Shown here: in pieces, positions 7,895 through 17,469 of the stretch | How positions within the stretch are numbered: position 1 is the stretch's first letter | Layout: each line of letters begins with the position of its first letter | Assembly (NCBI GenBank): GCA_039028875.1 | Contig: JBCCHE010000002.1 | Location: forward strand, 5,212-69,211 | DNA from: Myxococcota bacterium | Lineage (GTDB): Bacteria; Myxococcota_A; Polyangia; Polyangiales; Houyiibacteriaceae | DNA: 64,000 nucleotides | Direction: 5' to 3' | Made by a program: the position numbers and the translations under genes | The notes under the pieces: generated by a model | The model's input: the letters and a program-made list of their open reading frames with translations, nothing else | Told to the model about the DNA's origin: nothing | Databases searched by the model: none

Positions 7895-8599
7895 ATGTCT
7901 CATACCGAACCCAACGGTCATCAAATCTTCTCGGAGTGGAGCCTCTACCGGAAGGTGGTCGAAAACGACTACATGGCGCACACCGCCATCGCGCAGGCGG
8001 TAGAACGCGCCCTCGGCGGCGCCCCCGATGCGCCGTCCGTTCTCGATCTTGGCTGTGGAGATGCCGAGGTCGTTTATCGGCTGGCTGAATCGCTTCCGAT
8101 CGGGAGCTACTGCGGCGTGGACCAGTCGGAAGCCGCGCTAGACTCGGCGCGCGCACGGCTCGAGCGAATGCTCCCGGCTCTCGACTTCGAGCAGGCCAAC
8201 CTTCTCGAGTTCGTCAAGACGACCCCCCGCCGTTTCGATGTCATTCTCTGCGGGTACACCCTTCATCACTTGTCCACGGAGGAGAAGCGCGACTTCTTCC
8301 GATTCGTACATCGGGTGCTCAACCGTCGCGGCGTGTTGATGGCCTACGATGCGTTTCACTCGCCATCGGAGTCGCGAAGGGACTACCTCGAGGCCTACAT
8401 CGGTTGGATCGCGGAGGACTGGGGCGCGATGCACCCCGAAGAACGCGAAGCGATCGCTTCTCACATGCGCGCGGAGGACAAGCCCGAGACGTTGGACGTG
8501 TTCTGCCAGCTCGCCCACGACGCCGGGCTGCGGCCGACCCGAACACCACTGTGGTCGTGTGATCGGAACTACCACCACTTGGTCCGCATCACCCACTGA
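7895..8599 (+). CDS. Class I SAM-dependent methyltransferase
   Basis: Motif I is VLDLGCGDAEVVYRL. Post-I and motif II regions are DVILCGYTLHHL and LNRRGVLMAYD. Confidence 0.8.
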   Translation: MSHTEPNGHQIFSEWSLYRKVVENDYMAHTAIAQAVERALGGAPDAPSVLDLGCGDAEVVYRLAESLPIGSYCGVDQSEAALDSARARLERMLPALDFEQANLLEFVKTTPRRFDVILCGYTLHHLSTEEKRDFFRFVHRVLNRRGVLMAYDAFHSPSESRRDYLEAYIGWIAEDWGAMHPEEREAIASHMRAEDKPETLDVFCQLAHDAGLRPTRTPLWSCDRNYHHLVRITH

Positions 8600-8646
8600 G
8601 ACGCGAGTCGGTTCAGCACTCGACGGCGGATACGCTACACTTCGAC

Positions 8647-9450
8647 ATGGCCCACTCGCCCTTGGCGCCGGTTACCGCGCTCGAAGACAACTTGTGGTCA
8701 CTCGGACGCGCCCTCGGGTCTGGGCGCGACGGCCGCGTTATCGACACGGAGACACGGCTCGTCATCCACACGCCAGTTCGGAGCCCACCCTACAACGGCG
8801 TCTGGCGCTTCTTCGACGAAGGCGACGCTTCGTTGTTGGAGCAAGCGAATCAAGTCTTGGCTGGGTTTCGCGAGCGGGGAGTTCCCGCGATTTGGTTCGT
8901 CCATCCGACCGCCCCCGACGAACTCGACAAAGCGCTCGAGGATGCCGGACTCACACTCGCGGACGAGCTGTCGGGGATGGTGCGCGCGCTCGATGACCTG
9001 CCGCCATTGCCGCCGCCCCCAGAGGGAATCGAGCTGCGCGAAGCCACGACCGCCGACACCGCCACTTGGCTCGAGCTGATCTCTTGGCGCTACGGACTCG
9101 AGCGAGAGTCAAGCTCGCCGTACCTCACCTCGATCTTCGGACGCGCGATCGGGAGCGGGATCATTCGACTCTGGATCGCGCTTCTCAATGGAGAGCCCGT
9201 GTCGAAGGCCGCCATTCACTGTCATCGAGGCGTGGCGGGGGTGTACGGCGTCGCGACGACCGAAGCCGGACGCGGGCGCGGGCTTGCGAGCCTGCTCACG
9301 CTTCACGGACTCCATGCCGCGCGGAACGACGGCATGCACTCGAGCGTGCTCCATGCGACGCCGATGGCGCGCGCCCTCTACGAACGACTGGACTACCGGT
9401 GCGTGGCGCCGTTCAGGGTGTGGGCTTCGCCCGGAACACCACACCTTTAG
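8647..9450 (+). CDS. GNAT-family N-acetyltransferase
   Basis: C-terminal half has IHCHRGVAGVYGVATTEAGRGRGLASLLTLHGL, with the acetyl-CoA pyrophosphate-binding R-x-x-G-x-G/A loop. It ends with ARALYERLDY. Confidence 0.7.
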   Translation: MAHSPLAPVTALEDNLWSLGRALGSGRDGRVIDTETRLVIHTPVRSPPYNGVWRFFDEGDASLLEQANQVLAGFRERGVPAIWFVHPTAPDELDKALEDAGLTLADELSGMVRALDDLPPLPPPPEGIELREATTADTATWLELISWRYGLERESSSPYLTSIFGRAIGSGIIRLWIALLNGEPVSKAAIHCHRGVAGVYGVATTEAGRGRGLASLLTLHGLHAARNDGMHSSVLHATPMARALYERLDYRCVAPFRVWASPGTPHL

Positions 9451-9486
9451 AACGAGGTCCTCGTTGGTACCCAAGGCAAGACCGAG

Positions 9487-9828
9487 TCAACCGTCTTGGC
9501 GAAGAAACACAGCGAGCCAAACGGTGGGCTCGTCGGGGCTCGTCCATTCAACGCGATGACGTGTGTGAGCCGGAATGAACACGGCGTCGCCAGGGCCCAG
9601 CTCCGTGAGGTCTGCCTCGCTTGGGTACCGCAGTGCCGCCGTTCCCCGCAAAATCAACACCCACTCGTGCTCGTCCTGGTCGTACCAAAACCCATCCGGC
9701 GACCGATGACCCGTCGACACGATTCGTTCGATCCGCACCCCAGGTAGGCGAAGTATCTCGTCGACCCCCTCCGCATCGAGCCTCGTCGGAACGTGGTGAA
9801 GAAGGTGATCGACCTTACGCTGCGTCAT
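9487..9828 (-). CDS. Cupin-domain protein
   Basis: 113 aa with WYDQDEHEWVLILRGTAAL...GDAVFIPAHTRHRVEW, the two-motif cupin barrel pattern. Confidence 0.75.
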   Translation of the reverse strand: MTQRKVDHLLHHVPTRLDAEGVDEILRLPGVRIERIVSTGHRSPDGFWYDQDEHEWVLILRGTAALRYPSEADLTELGPGDAVFIPAHTRHRVEWTSPDEPTVWLAVFLRQDG

Positions 9829-9909
9829 TCTCGATCTCCTAGTCTGCGATGCTCAACGGATCGAAAGCCCCGACACACTCGAACCTCACGCCGCTCGGGA
9901 CCTGAGCCC

Positions 9910-11124
9910 TCAGCGGATGCGCCCGACGGTGATGATATCGCCGGTGGCGCGGACGCTTTGCGTAACGGATGTCCCGTCGACGGCGAACAGAACGGATGTC
10001 TGCGTTTCTTCGTCGATTTGGGGGACGTAGTACACCCCGTCGACGACCGACGGATTGAAACTGATTCCCGTGAGGTCGAGTTCGCCCAGCCGACTCACCT
10101 CTTGGGTGCGAAAGTCGATCTGCGCCCAACGCCAAAGCTCGAGATTGAAGTACTCGTCGGGATCGATGGTCTCTTGAATCGTGTCGACGTCTACCTCGGT
10201 GTCATACACGCGAGCGACAATCGAGTCGCCCGCGCCCCCGAAAACCCCGGCAAGCTGCGGCGAGCCCGTGAACGCCGCCATGTCGAGCACGTAGTCGGGA
10301 TCGAAGTTCAGGTCGCCGGCGTTCCACCGCACCAAGCATGGCGACGGAGTCGGTCCAGGGTTGTAAACACTGTAAACGCCGGCGTCCCAGTCGCCGAGCG
10401 CATAGTAGGCGCCCTCGAACACGAATCCGGACGCGCTCACACCGCACCGCATGTCTTCAGCGATCGTCGTAAACTCATCCGTGACCGCCGAGACGACCAA
10501 GAGGCCGGTCGCCGGAATGACGTTGGACTGGTCGTCGAGGCGCCAAGAGACTGGCGTCGCGACGTAGTCGCCAACCACAAGCGGAACACCGATCGTAATG
10601 AAGGGAAAGCCATCCCGTTCGAGTTCTGGAATGGGAAACGTCGTGGTGATCTCCATCGTTGCGGGGTTCCACACGACGACCTGAAATCCGACTGGATCGA
10701 TGTAATAGGCTCGTTCCGGTGAGATGAATACGATGCTGGTTCGGAATCCCTGAACGCCAAGGTTGACCATGCTGAACCGGCCCTCTTCGCGAAGCGTCAG
10801 GTCGTCCGTCACGGCGTACCGGGTAACCTGCTGGGACTCTCCATTGAACGTGAAGACACTCTCGTCGTAGGTACGGAACCTCGAGAACCCGGGCACCTCG
10901 AGCGCATTCGTGAGCTCGATCTCCTGGGCGGCGAGCGAAGACAGGACCGACACGAAGTTCGTCCTGCTCGAAGGATCGCGCACCCGATTGACGAACATGA
11001 ACGCATCGGCGCTCGACACGCTCCCCCCCGACCCGCCCGTCCCGTCGTCAACACTCGAATCCCCGCATCCCGCCAACAGGGCGAAGAGGATTCCGCAAGC
11101 CACCCATCTGAGGTTGCACCTCAT
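9910..11124 (-). CDS. Uncharacterised lipoprotein, paralog family member P1
   Basis: Signal peptide and lipobox MRCNLRWVACGILFALLAGCGD. Shared family blocks are QVTRYAV, RAYYIDPVGFQVVVWNP, MRCGVSASGF and PCLVRWNAGDLNFD. See P2, P3 and P4. Confidence 0.8.
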   Translation of the reverse strand: MRCNLRWVACGILFALLAGCGDSSVDDGTGGSGGSVSSADAFMFVNRVRDPSSRTNFVSVLSSLAAQEIELTNALEVPGFSRFRTYDESVFTFNGESQQVTRYAVTDDLTLREEGRFSMVNLGVQGFRTSIVFISPERAYYIDPVGFQVVVWNPATMEITTTFPIPELERDGFPFITIGVPLVVGDYVATPVSWRLDDQSNVIPATGLLVVSAVTDEFTTIAEDMRCGVSASGFVFEGAYYALGDWDAGVYSVYNPGPTPSPCLVRWNAGDLNFDPDYVLDMAAFTGSPQLAGVFGGAGDSIVARVYDTEVDVDTIQETIDPDEYFNLELWRWAQIDFRTQEVSRLGELDLTGISFNPSVVDGVYYVPQIDEETQTSVLFAVDGTSVTQSVRATGDIITVGRIR

Positions 11125-11204
11125 GGTCTAGGTCCTTTCGTCTGGTGGAGGTAGCAGCAATGGTCCAAAGAAAACGATGCGTGAAGCCACGGGCGTGCAG
11201 CAGC

Positions 11205-12410
11205 CTAGCGAACGCGAAATACCCCCGTAATCACTCCCGGGCTCGTCACACCGGGCATGGGGCCGTCCGCACGGGAAAGGTCGACAAGGGTCGAGCTCGC
11301 CAAGTTCGCCTCGGTCTGCACCCCAAAGCTTCGCCCATCGATCACGTGCGGATCGCCGCCAGACGCCGCAGGGTCGAGGTCGTCGAAGACGGTGACGAGA
11401 CTCGAAGTCTCAAGGTCGATCAGTGCCCACCGCCACGCGTCCGCGCCACTGAAGTCGGGAAGACTGACCGCGTCTGACGGCAGCAGCGACTCATCGAGTA
11501 CGCGAACGTAGGCGTTCGAGGCGCCCTGAAAGAACACCGATCCACCTTGCAAGCCTCCCGTCGCAGTTTCGATCAAGACTTGCCGGTCGACACGGGTCGC
11601 ACCCGCTGGGACCCGGGCGAGGCACTCCGGCCCACCGCCTCGGTTGGCCAACCGGTTGGCCACACTGGCGACGTCCGATGCCGCCCACAGATCCCCTTGT
11701 CCGTCGACGAACAGGTACTGAATCCCAGCGCAGTCGTCGAGGGTGATCACCTCCGTCAGGCGTTCGGTCTCGAGGTTGAAGAACGCGATCTTCGAACGAG
11801 GCGAGATGCCGAAGTTCTCGTTGAGAAACGTGAGGGAGAAGACGATCTCATCGTCTCGCTCGATGATCCGGTGGCTGATGAAACCCGGCCCATCCCCACT
11901 GAGTTCCGAGATGTCGATGGTGTCGACGAGTCTCATCTCGAGCGGGTCCCAGATGACGATCTGGTAGGTGAATGTGTCGATCGCGTACGCCCTGCGTTCG
12001 GAAACGAAGTAGAAGTTGGAGGGCCTCACGCGCAACGTCGTGTCGATGATCGCTTCGGCAGAGAGGGTTGCGCCTTGCACGAACCTGTTGTCCTGGGTCA
12101 CCTCGTACCGGGTGATGCGAGGGACCATGCCATCCACGGCGAACAGCACGTCTCCCGCGTCAGGTCCAAAGGCAACGCCGTTGTTTGGGATCTCTAGTGA
12201 CTGTGACACGTCGACGCGGGCCGTTGGCCCGAGCGAACCTACGAGGCCGACAAAAGCGGCGTCCTCCGTACCCGGGATGAATAGCGACACGGCAAAGAGG
12301 GGCCCGCCTTCGTTGTCGTTCGGGGGGACCGGTACCGAATCGTTGCTATCCCCGCAGCCCGACCCTGTGATCAGCAGTAAGAGCCCGAGGCAAGCCTTCG
12401 AGTAAGACAC
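11205..12410 (-). CDS. Uncharacterised lipoprotein, paralog family member P2
   Basis: This is the C-terminal 401 codons of the spurious 860-aa ORF. I place the start at GTG (complement of 12410-12408), giving VSYSKACLGLLLLITGSGCGD. Family blocks are RITRYEV, RAYAIDTFTYQIVIWDP, DDCAGIQYLF and ECLARVPAGATRVD. Confidence 0.75.
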   Translation of the reverse strand: MSYSKACLGLLLLITGSGCGDSNDSVPVPPNDNEGGPLFAVSLFIPGTEDAAFVGLVGSLGPTARVDVSQSLEIPNNGVAFGPDAGDVLFAVDGMVPRITRYEVTQDNRFVQGATLSAEAIIDTTLRVRPSNFYFVSERRAYAIDTFTYQIVIWDPLEMRLVDTIDISELSGDGPGFISHRIIERDDEIVFSLTFLNENFGISPRSKIAFFNLETERLTEVITLDDCAGIQYLFVDGQGDLWAASDVASVANRLANRGGGPECLARVPAGATRVDRQVLIETATGGLQGGSVFFQGASNAYVRVLDESLLPSDAVSLPDFSGADAWRWALIDLETSSLVTVFDDLDPAASGGDPHVIDGRSFGVQTEANLASSTLVDLSRADGPMPGVTSPGVITGVFRVR

Positions 12411-12493
12411 AATGGCACCACCCTGGGCCGACGCCCTGGGAAGGTCAACATGAGGATCGATCCGCTCCGGTCCGTCGCCGGAGGACAATGGGG

Positions 12494-14017
12494 CTATCGG
12501 GTCGACCCGAGCGAACCGGCCGTCTCGTTGTGCACCGACTCCCCGGTAGAACCTGCCGCGTGTTGAGGTCGTCTGAGGGCGAGCGCATCGCTGGCGACGG
12601 TCGTTCCTTCGAAGAAATCGGGGTTGGCGTCCGTGTAGAAGCGAGCCACGTTGGTGAAGACAAAGTCCCGGAAAGCCGAAGAGGTAAGCCAACCGTGCTC
12701 GACCGCTTCGTACGCTTCGGCAAGCACCTGCCTCATGTCGGGGACGTCCCAGTGGCCGATGTCCGAACTGAAGATGGCATTGAGCTGCACGCCGTACGGA
12801 TTGACCTTGGTGTTGAAGGCCGTGCCGGTCATGGGATCGTCCGCCTCGCATCCAAAGTAGAAGTTCGGGACGAAGAGGTCGCGGATATCCTCGGGACGCT
12901 CGACACCGACGTGCGCGAAGTCGTCCATTGGATCCTGCGTTCCGGACAGGACGCTTCTTAGCTCGTCGAACTCCTGTTGGAGACGCGACGTATCCGCGAT
13001 CCGCGAGAGCAATTCCCCGCCGTGAGTCATGATCAGCGAGAGAACTGCAGGCCCGTCCAAGCGTTCGGGGTTGTAGGCCTGGACGGCTTCGATGTTGCGC
13101 TTCTCCCAATGCCCAATGAGGTCCGCAAAGAGACTCACCGCCCATTGAACCCCGCCCTCGAGGAAGCCGATGCGAAGGTCGGGGAATCGTCGCGTGACAC
13201 CCCCCAAGAACAGCGACTTTGCGCTTGCTTCCATCGCGGCAGCGAAGTGACCAATGTGATTGTACACGTAGTTCGAGATCGACCGGCGGCTCCCCCACCC
13301 CATCCCTACCGAATGGATGGAGAGCGGAACACCGAGCTCGACGGCTTTCGCCCACACCGGATCGTAGTCGTACACCGAGTCGATGCCGTAGAAGTCGTGC
13401 CATGTCGCGAAGTCGGCGGCCTCCGGGATCGACTGGGCGGCCTCGACTCGGCGTTCGGTCCAGCCTGAGATCAGCGCAGCCTTGGCGCCGAGTTGCTTGA
13501 CGCTGTACTCGAGCTCGGCGACGGCTTCCTCCGGCGTGTGCATCGGTATGGTCGCGACCGGGCAGAGGCGATCCGAGAAGTCGGCGTACATGTCCGTTGC
13601 GTACCTGTTGAGGGCACGACAGGCAGCCCTTCGCGTGTCGTCGTCCTGAATCGTCAGGAACGTGAGCCCCCCACTCGGGTAGAGAATCGCGAAGTCGATG
13701 CCGAGCTCTGGAAGGCGCTTGTGGGTGAGTTTGGGAAGCAGACCCGTGCACAGATCGACTGCGTTTTCGATGGGCGTGAGCCCCCACGGCTTGATCGTCG
13801 ATCGCCGGGACACGCGCTCTTCGGGCGAAAGAAGGTCCCAGTTCCGACTACCGATGCCGCCGGCCCTGACGGCCTCCGCCATGCCCCCGGGGACGCCCTC
13901 CTCGCGGAGGTACTGGTTCAGTACGGGAACAAACTCGAGAAAGTGACCGTCCGCGTCGACCACTGGGTGCCCTAGTCGTTCGCGAATCGCCTGGGGAGAG
14001 TATTGGGTGTCGTTCAT
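12494..14017 (-). CDS. Amidohydrolase_2-family (ACMSD/LigW-like) metal-dependent hydrolase or decarboxylase
   Basis: 507 aa. The N-terminus has HPVVDADGHFLEF, an H-x-H-like metal motif. Other motifs are GIDFAILYPS, IPMHTPEEAVAELEY, VPLSIHS and SDIGHWD. Confidence 0.8.
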   Translation of the reverse strand: MNDTQYSPQAIRERLGHPVVDADGHFLEFVPVLNQYLREEGVPGGMAEAVRAGGIGSRNWDLLSPEERVSRRSTIKPWGLTPIENAVDLCTGLLPKLTHKRLPELGIDFAILYPSGGLTFLTIQDDDTRRAACRALNRYATDMYADFSDRLCPVATIPMHTPEEAVAELEYSVKQLGAKAALISGWTERRVEAAQSIPEAADFATWHDFYGIDSVYDYDPVWAKAVELGVPLSIHSVGMGWGSRRSISNYVYNHIGHFAAAMEASAKSLFLGGVTRRFPDLRIGFLEGGVQWAVSLFADLIGHWEKRNIEAVQAYNPERLDGPAVLSLIMTHGGELLSRIADTSRLQQEFDELRSVLSGTQDPMDDFAHVGVERPEDIRDLFVPNFYFGCEADDPMTGTAFNTKVNPYGVQLNAIFSSDIGHWDVPDMRQVLAEAYEAVEHGWLTSSAFRDFVFTNVARFYTDANPDFFEGTTVASDALALRRPQHAAGSTGESVHNETAGSLGSTR

Positions 14018-14042
14018 GGTGAAGCTCGCTCGTCAGGGGTGG

Positions 14043-14972
14043 TCAGGTGGACGTCGCCACCACCGAAAGGTTGCGCAGGAAATCCGATGCATGCTGCCAG
14101 GTCAGGTCTGGCGCCTCGAGTTGCGGGTAGTGCCCGACGCGATCGAGGAAGACCACATCTGGGTTGGGTATCAACTGTAGGTAACGCTCCCCCATGGCCC
14201 TGCCAGAGACCGGGTCGGCGATGCCGTTGATGAAACGAAGCGGGATCCGAGCTTCTTGCATCGCACCCACCCACCTCTGTCGATAGCGCGTCCGCTCGGG
14301 AACGTACCGGAGGATCTTTGGATGGACGCGGGTTCCTTCGTTGTACGACGCCAGTCGCCATAGGTCGTGCATCTCATCACGAGTGGGCCTTGTCGCCGGG
14401 GCGAACACCTCCCCGAGACTCTTTGCGAAGAAGCTCTCGTTCATGAGCTTCGCGAGGAAGGGCGCGGCTTTGGAGAGGCCAACTTTCTGAGCGAGCGTCG
14501 ACTGGTGCGCTTCGGGGAAGAGGCCGCCATTGAGCATGCAGATGCCGTCGATGGTGAGCCCGTCGCGCCCGTCTTTGCTTCGTTCGATGAAACGCGCGAG
14601 GAGCTCTTGCGTCACCGAGCAACCGTAGTCGTGGCAAAGAATGGAAACGCGCGAGATGCCGAGCGAATCGCAGAGCCTCTCTTGGAGGGTCGCTTGGTCG
14701 AGGATTGAATACGAGTAGTCGACGGGCTTGGCCGAGAAGCCGAAGCCCAACATGTCGCACGCCACAGCCTCGAACCGGGCGGTGATGCCGGGCCAAAGCC
14801 GATGCCAATCCCACGATGCGGTCGGAAAACCGTGAATCACGAGAAGCGCCGGCCCCGCCCCATCGTGACGAAAGAACACCGGGCGACCATCGAAGTCGAA
14901 TTCGCGCCCACCGCTTTTCCAGGCGTCCAGGTTCACCAACCTACTTATAAGTAGGTTTTTATCAATACGCAA
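14043..14972 (-). CDS. Alpha/beta hydrolase with an Asp nucleophile (epoxide hydrolase / dehalogenase-like)
   Basis: Motifs ALLVIHGFPTASWDWHRLW and nucleophile elbow ILCHDYGC. The track start at 14972 is a TTG. An alternative GTG at 14936 would place the 20-bp palindrome just upstream of the gene. Confidence 0.8.
   Translation of the reverse strand: MRIDKNLLISRLVNLDAWKSGGREFDFDGRPVFFRHDGAGPALLVIHGFPTASWDWHRLWPGITARFEAVACDMLGFGFSAKPVDYSYSILDQATLQERLCDSLGISRVSILCHDYGCSVTQELLARFIERSKDGRDGLTIDGICMLNGGLFPEAHQSTLAQKVGLSKAAPFLAKLMNESFFAKSLGEVFAPATRPTRDEMHDLWRLASYNEGTRVHPKILRYVPERTRYRQRWVGAMQEARIPLRFINGIADPVSGRAMGERYLQLIPNPDVVFLDRVGHYPQLEAPDLTWQHASDFLRNLSVVATST
14938..14957. promoter_or_regulatory. 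Perfect 20-bp palindrome, candidate operator and/or -10 element
   Basis: AACCTACTTATAAGTAGGTT is identical to its reverse complement. It forms an AT-rich island between the TetR stop (15023) and the hydrolase body, and it contains TATAAG. Confidence 0.4.
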
Positions 14973-15022
14973 TGCGAACGTACGAGCGCAACGGCTTCCG
15001 GCGCTTTCGAGCGATCAGACGG

Positions 15023-15628
15023 CTAGCGATTTCGCGCGCCGGGAAGGCCGAAACGGATCAGCTGGGATAGCTGATCGACCGCCTGCTCCAAGGGCATCTT
15101 GCGGCCACTGGCGAGCCAGCTCTCGCCAACGAATGTCAACGAGCCGACGATGTGAAAGGTGACCAGCGTCGGATCGGAGGGATCGTCGAAATGGTCCAGG
15201 ATCGCTGCGATGTCCTTGATGCGTGCTTGATAGAGCTCGCGTCGGTGTTCGCTTCTCCGGTCGTCTCCCGACCAAGAGATCGGAGAATGGCTCGTCATCG
15301 CGCGAAAACCGTCAGGCCGGTCTTGCAGGTATCCGAAGAACGCGGCCACGGCCTGCTCGACGACCGGTCGATCACGCGCGGGGTCGACTGCGCCCATGAT
15401 TCGCCCGTACACCTCTTCCATCTCGCGATCCATGATGGCATCGAAGAACGCCTGTTTGTTCTTGAAGTAGTCGTAGATCACGGGTTTCGTGATCCCTGCC
15501 TCGGCGGCCACTTCATCGAGGTTCGTTCCCTCGTATCCGTGCTGCGCGAAGACCTGAAGCCCGACATCGAGGATCTGCGCCTTCCGCTCCTCGCCGGTAA
15601 GTCGCTTACGCTTGGCTGCCTTGCTCAT
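15023..15628 (-). CDS. TetR-family transcriptional regulator
   Basis: ILDVGLQVFAQHGYEGTNLDEVAAEAGITKPVIYDYFKNKQAFF is a canonical TetR_N HTH. Confidence 0.88.
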   Translation of the reverse strand: MSKAAKRKRLTGEERKAQILDVGLQVFAQHGYEGTNLDEVAAEAGITKPVIYDYFKNKQAFFDAIMDREMEEVYGRIMGAVDPARDRPVVEQAVAAFFGYLQDRPDGFRAMTSHSPISWSGDDRRSEHRRELYQARIKDIAAILDHFDDPSDPTLVTFHIVGSLTFVGESWLASGRKMPLEQAVDQLSQLIRFGLPGARNR

Positions 15629-15870
15629 CCCGTGCCTTATACGACTTCAGACCCGCCGGACATGGATTTTCCGCACGCCGCGATTCGGCGAGATGAAGAC
15701 GAGGGCTCGCGATCGAACGGGCCGAAGGTGCCGCCGTGTTGCTCTCGGGTACGGCAGCGCCAGATCGGGGCTCGGGCACGGGAGCCGACGTGGCCAGATC
15801 CCCGCCAAGGCGGGCACCCTCACGGTCTCCTCGGCAGCCGTCCTGCGCTTGACGATCTAGTGTCTCGATG

Positions 15871-15891
15871 TTATTGAGTTGCACTCAGTAA
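15871..15891. promoter_or_regulatory. Imperfect inverted repeat, candidate TetR auto-operator
   Basis: TTATTGAGTtgcACTCAGTAA has 9-bp arms with one mismatch. It ends 4 nt before the ATG of the TetR gene at 15896. Confidence 0.35.
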
Positions 15892-15895
15892 TAAA

Positions 15896-16555
15896 ATGAC
15901 CCCGAAAAAACAGAGAAAAAGGCGCTCTCCCGCCGAGGCGAGGCGGCTCCTGATCGAGGCCGCGCGCGATGCCTTGGTGGAAGGAGGCGGCGATTTCGAG
16001 ATGATCGAAGTGGCGGGGCGTGCGGACGTCTCCGAAGGGTTGGCGTACTACCACTTTGGAAGCAAGCCCGGGTTGCTCGACGCAGTCGTTCGGGATTTCT
16101 ACGAGCAGCTCGACGAGAGCGTCATGGCGGTGCCCTTCCCTGGCGACACCTGGGTCGAGCGCGAACGCGCGCGGATCGCCGAGTTCGTCCGGCTCATGTA
16201 CGAGGACCCGATCGCGCCCTTGGTGCTCAACGTGTTGCGGGTCAATCCCGCCCTGCACGCCGAGGAACAAGATCGACGCCGTCGTCTCAACGCGCTCGGC
16301 GCGCGCAATATCGCCGAGGCGCAGCGTGACGGAGAGATCTCCGAAGACCACGATCCCCAGATACTCGTTGCGATGATCCTCGGCGGCGTGATGGCAGGCG
16401 TAACGGAAGCGCTGTCCGACCGTCGGCGAAGGTCATTGAAGGAAGTCCAGGCAACGACGTTTGCCTTTGTCATGCGCGCAGCAGGTGTCCGGCAAGAGGC
16501 TGCCGCGGGGCACCCCACGACGGAGAAAGAAGCCGATGGAATACTCCCGAATTGA
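15896..16555 (+). CDS. TetR-family transcriptional regulator
   Basis: LLIEAARDALVEGGGDFEMIEVAGRADVSEGLAYYHFGSKPGLLDAVV. The 3' end overlaps the crotonase start by 20 nt. Confidence 0.85.
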   Translation: MTPKKQRKRRSPAEARRLLIEAARDALVEGGGDFEMIEVAGRADVSEGLAYYHFGSKPGLLDAVVRDFYEQLDESVMAVPFPGDTWVERERARIAEFVRLMYEDPIAPLVLNVLRVNPALHAEEQDRRRRLNALGARNIAEAQRDGEISEDHDPQILVAMILGGVMAGVTEALSDRRRRSLKEVQATTFAFVMRAAGVRQEAAAGHPTTEKEADGILPN

Positions 16556-17366
16556 ATACGAAGCGATCGATCACATCCGCGTGATTCGGTTCAATCGACC
16601 CGAAGTCCGCAACTGCATCGATTTGGTCACCCACCACGAGCTGGTCGATGCGTGGACGCGTTTTCGAGACGACGACGACGCCTACGTCGCGGTTCTCACC
16701 GGAGCTGGCGACAAGTCGTTTTGTGCAGGCGGTGATCTCAAGAGCACCGAACTACACGCCGACATGCGGGCCAACGTCGACAGGCACGATGCCGGCGAGA
16801 TGCCCGGTTGCCTCGGCCCGAGCCGATGGACCAACATCTACAAGCCCATCATCGCCGCGGTCAACGGTACCGCGTACGCGGGCGGGCTCGAGTGGGCATG
16901 CTTCGCCGACCTCCGAATCGCCGATGCGCACGCCTCGTTTGGTGTGACGTGTAGGCGCTGGAACATCGGGCTCGCCGACGGCGGTACACAGCGGCTTCCG
17001 CGTATCGTTGGCATGGGGCGCGCGATGGAACTCATCATCACGGGGCGCGTGGTCGACGCCGACGAGGCGCTCAGGATCGGCCTGGTCAACGAGGTCGTCC
17101 CGTCAGGCACCTGCGTCGACCGGGCGATCGAGATGGCGCGGTTCATCTGCGCACTGCCCCAGCCCGCGATTCGCTCCGACAAAGAAGCCACCGTGCGTGG
17201 GTTTGGACGAGACCTCGATGAAGGCCTCCTGATTGAGGCCCGTGTGTTCAACCGATCGTTCGACAACGCCGCCACCGTGGAGGGGCTTCGACAGTTCACC
17301 GAACGGGACCACCCGGACCGGCGCCGCGAACAACGCGCCCGTACACCGGGGCTCGTGCGCGATTGA
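16536..17366 (+). CDS. Enoyl-CoA hydratase/isomerase (crotonase) family protein
   Basis: Internal ATG at 16536 (MEYSRIEYEAIDHIRVIRFNRPEVRNCI...). Oxyanion-hole region is VLTGAGDKSFCAGGDLK. Also has AAVNGTAYAGGLEWA. Confidence 0.85.
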   Translation: MEYSRIEYEAIDHIRVIRFNRPEVRNCIDLVTHHELVDAWTRFRDDDDAYVAVLTGAGDKSFCAGGDLKSTELHADMRANVDRHDAGEMPGCLGPSRWTNIYKPIIAAVNGTAYAGGLEWACFADLRIADAHASFGVTCRRWNIGLADGGTQRLPRIVGMGRAMELIITGRVVDADEALRIGLVNEVVPSGTCVDRAIEMARFICALPQPAIRSDKEATVRGFGRDLDEGLLIEARVFNRSFDNAATVEGLRQFTERDHPDRRREQRARTPGLVRD

Positions 17367-17469
17367 TCGTGCGCGATCGATCAGGGAGACCGGGCTCGGC
17401 CGGCGCGCGAGGCAGCGCCTCCATCGGGGGCTACTGGAACCGTGTCGCCTTTCGCTGTATCAGGACGGC

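Noticed and set aside
11205-13787. 860-aa ORF on the minus strand, the longest reading frame in this region
   Set aside because: Only its last ~401 codons look real; they encode a lipoprotein with signal peptide VSYSKACLGLLLLITGSGC starting at GTG 12410. The upstream ~460 codons are Arg/Gly/Pro-rich. They are out of frame with, and fully overlap, the well-supported amidohydrolase gene (12494-14017). This is a typical high-GC read-through artefact.
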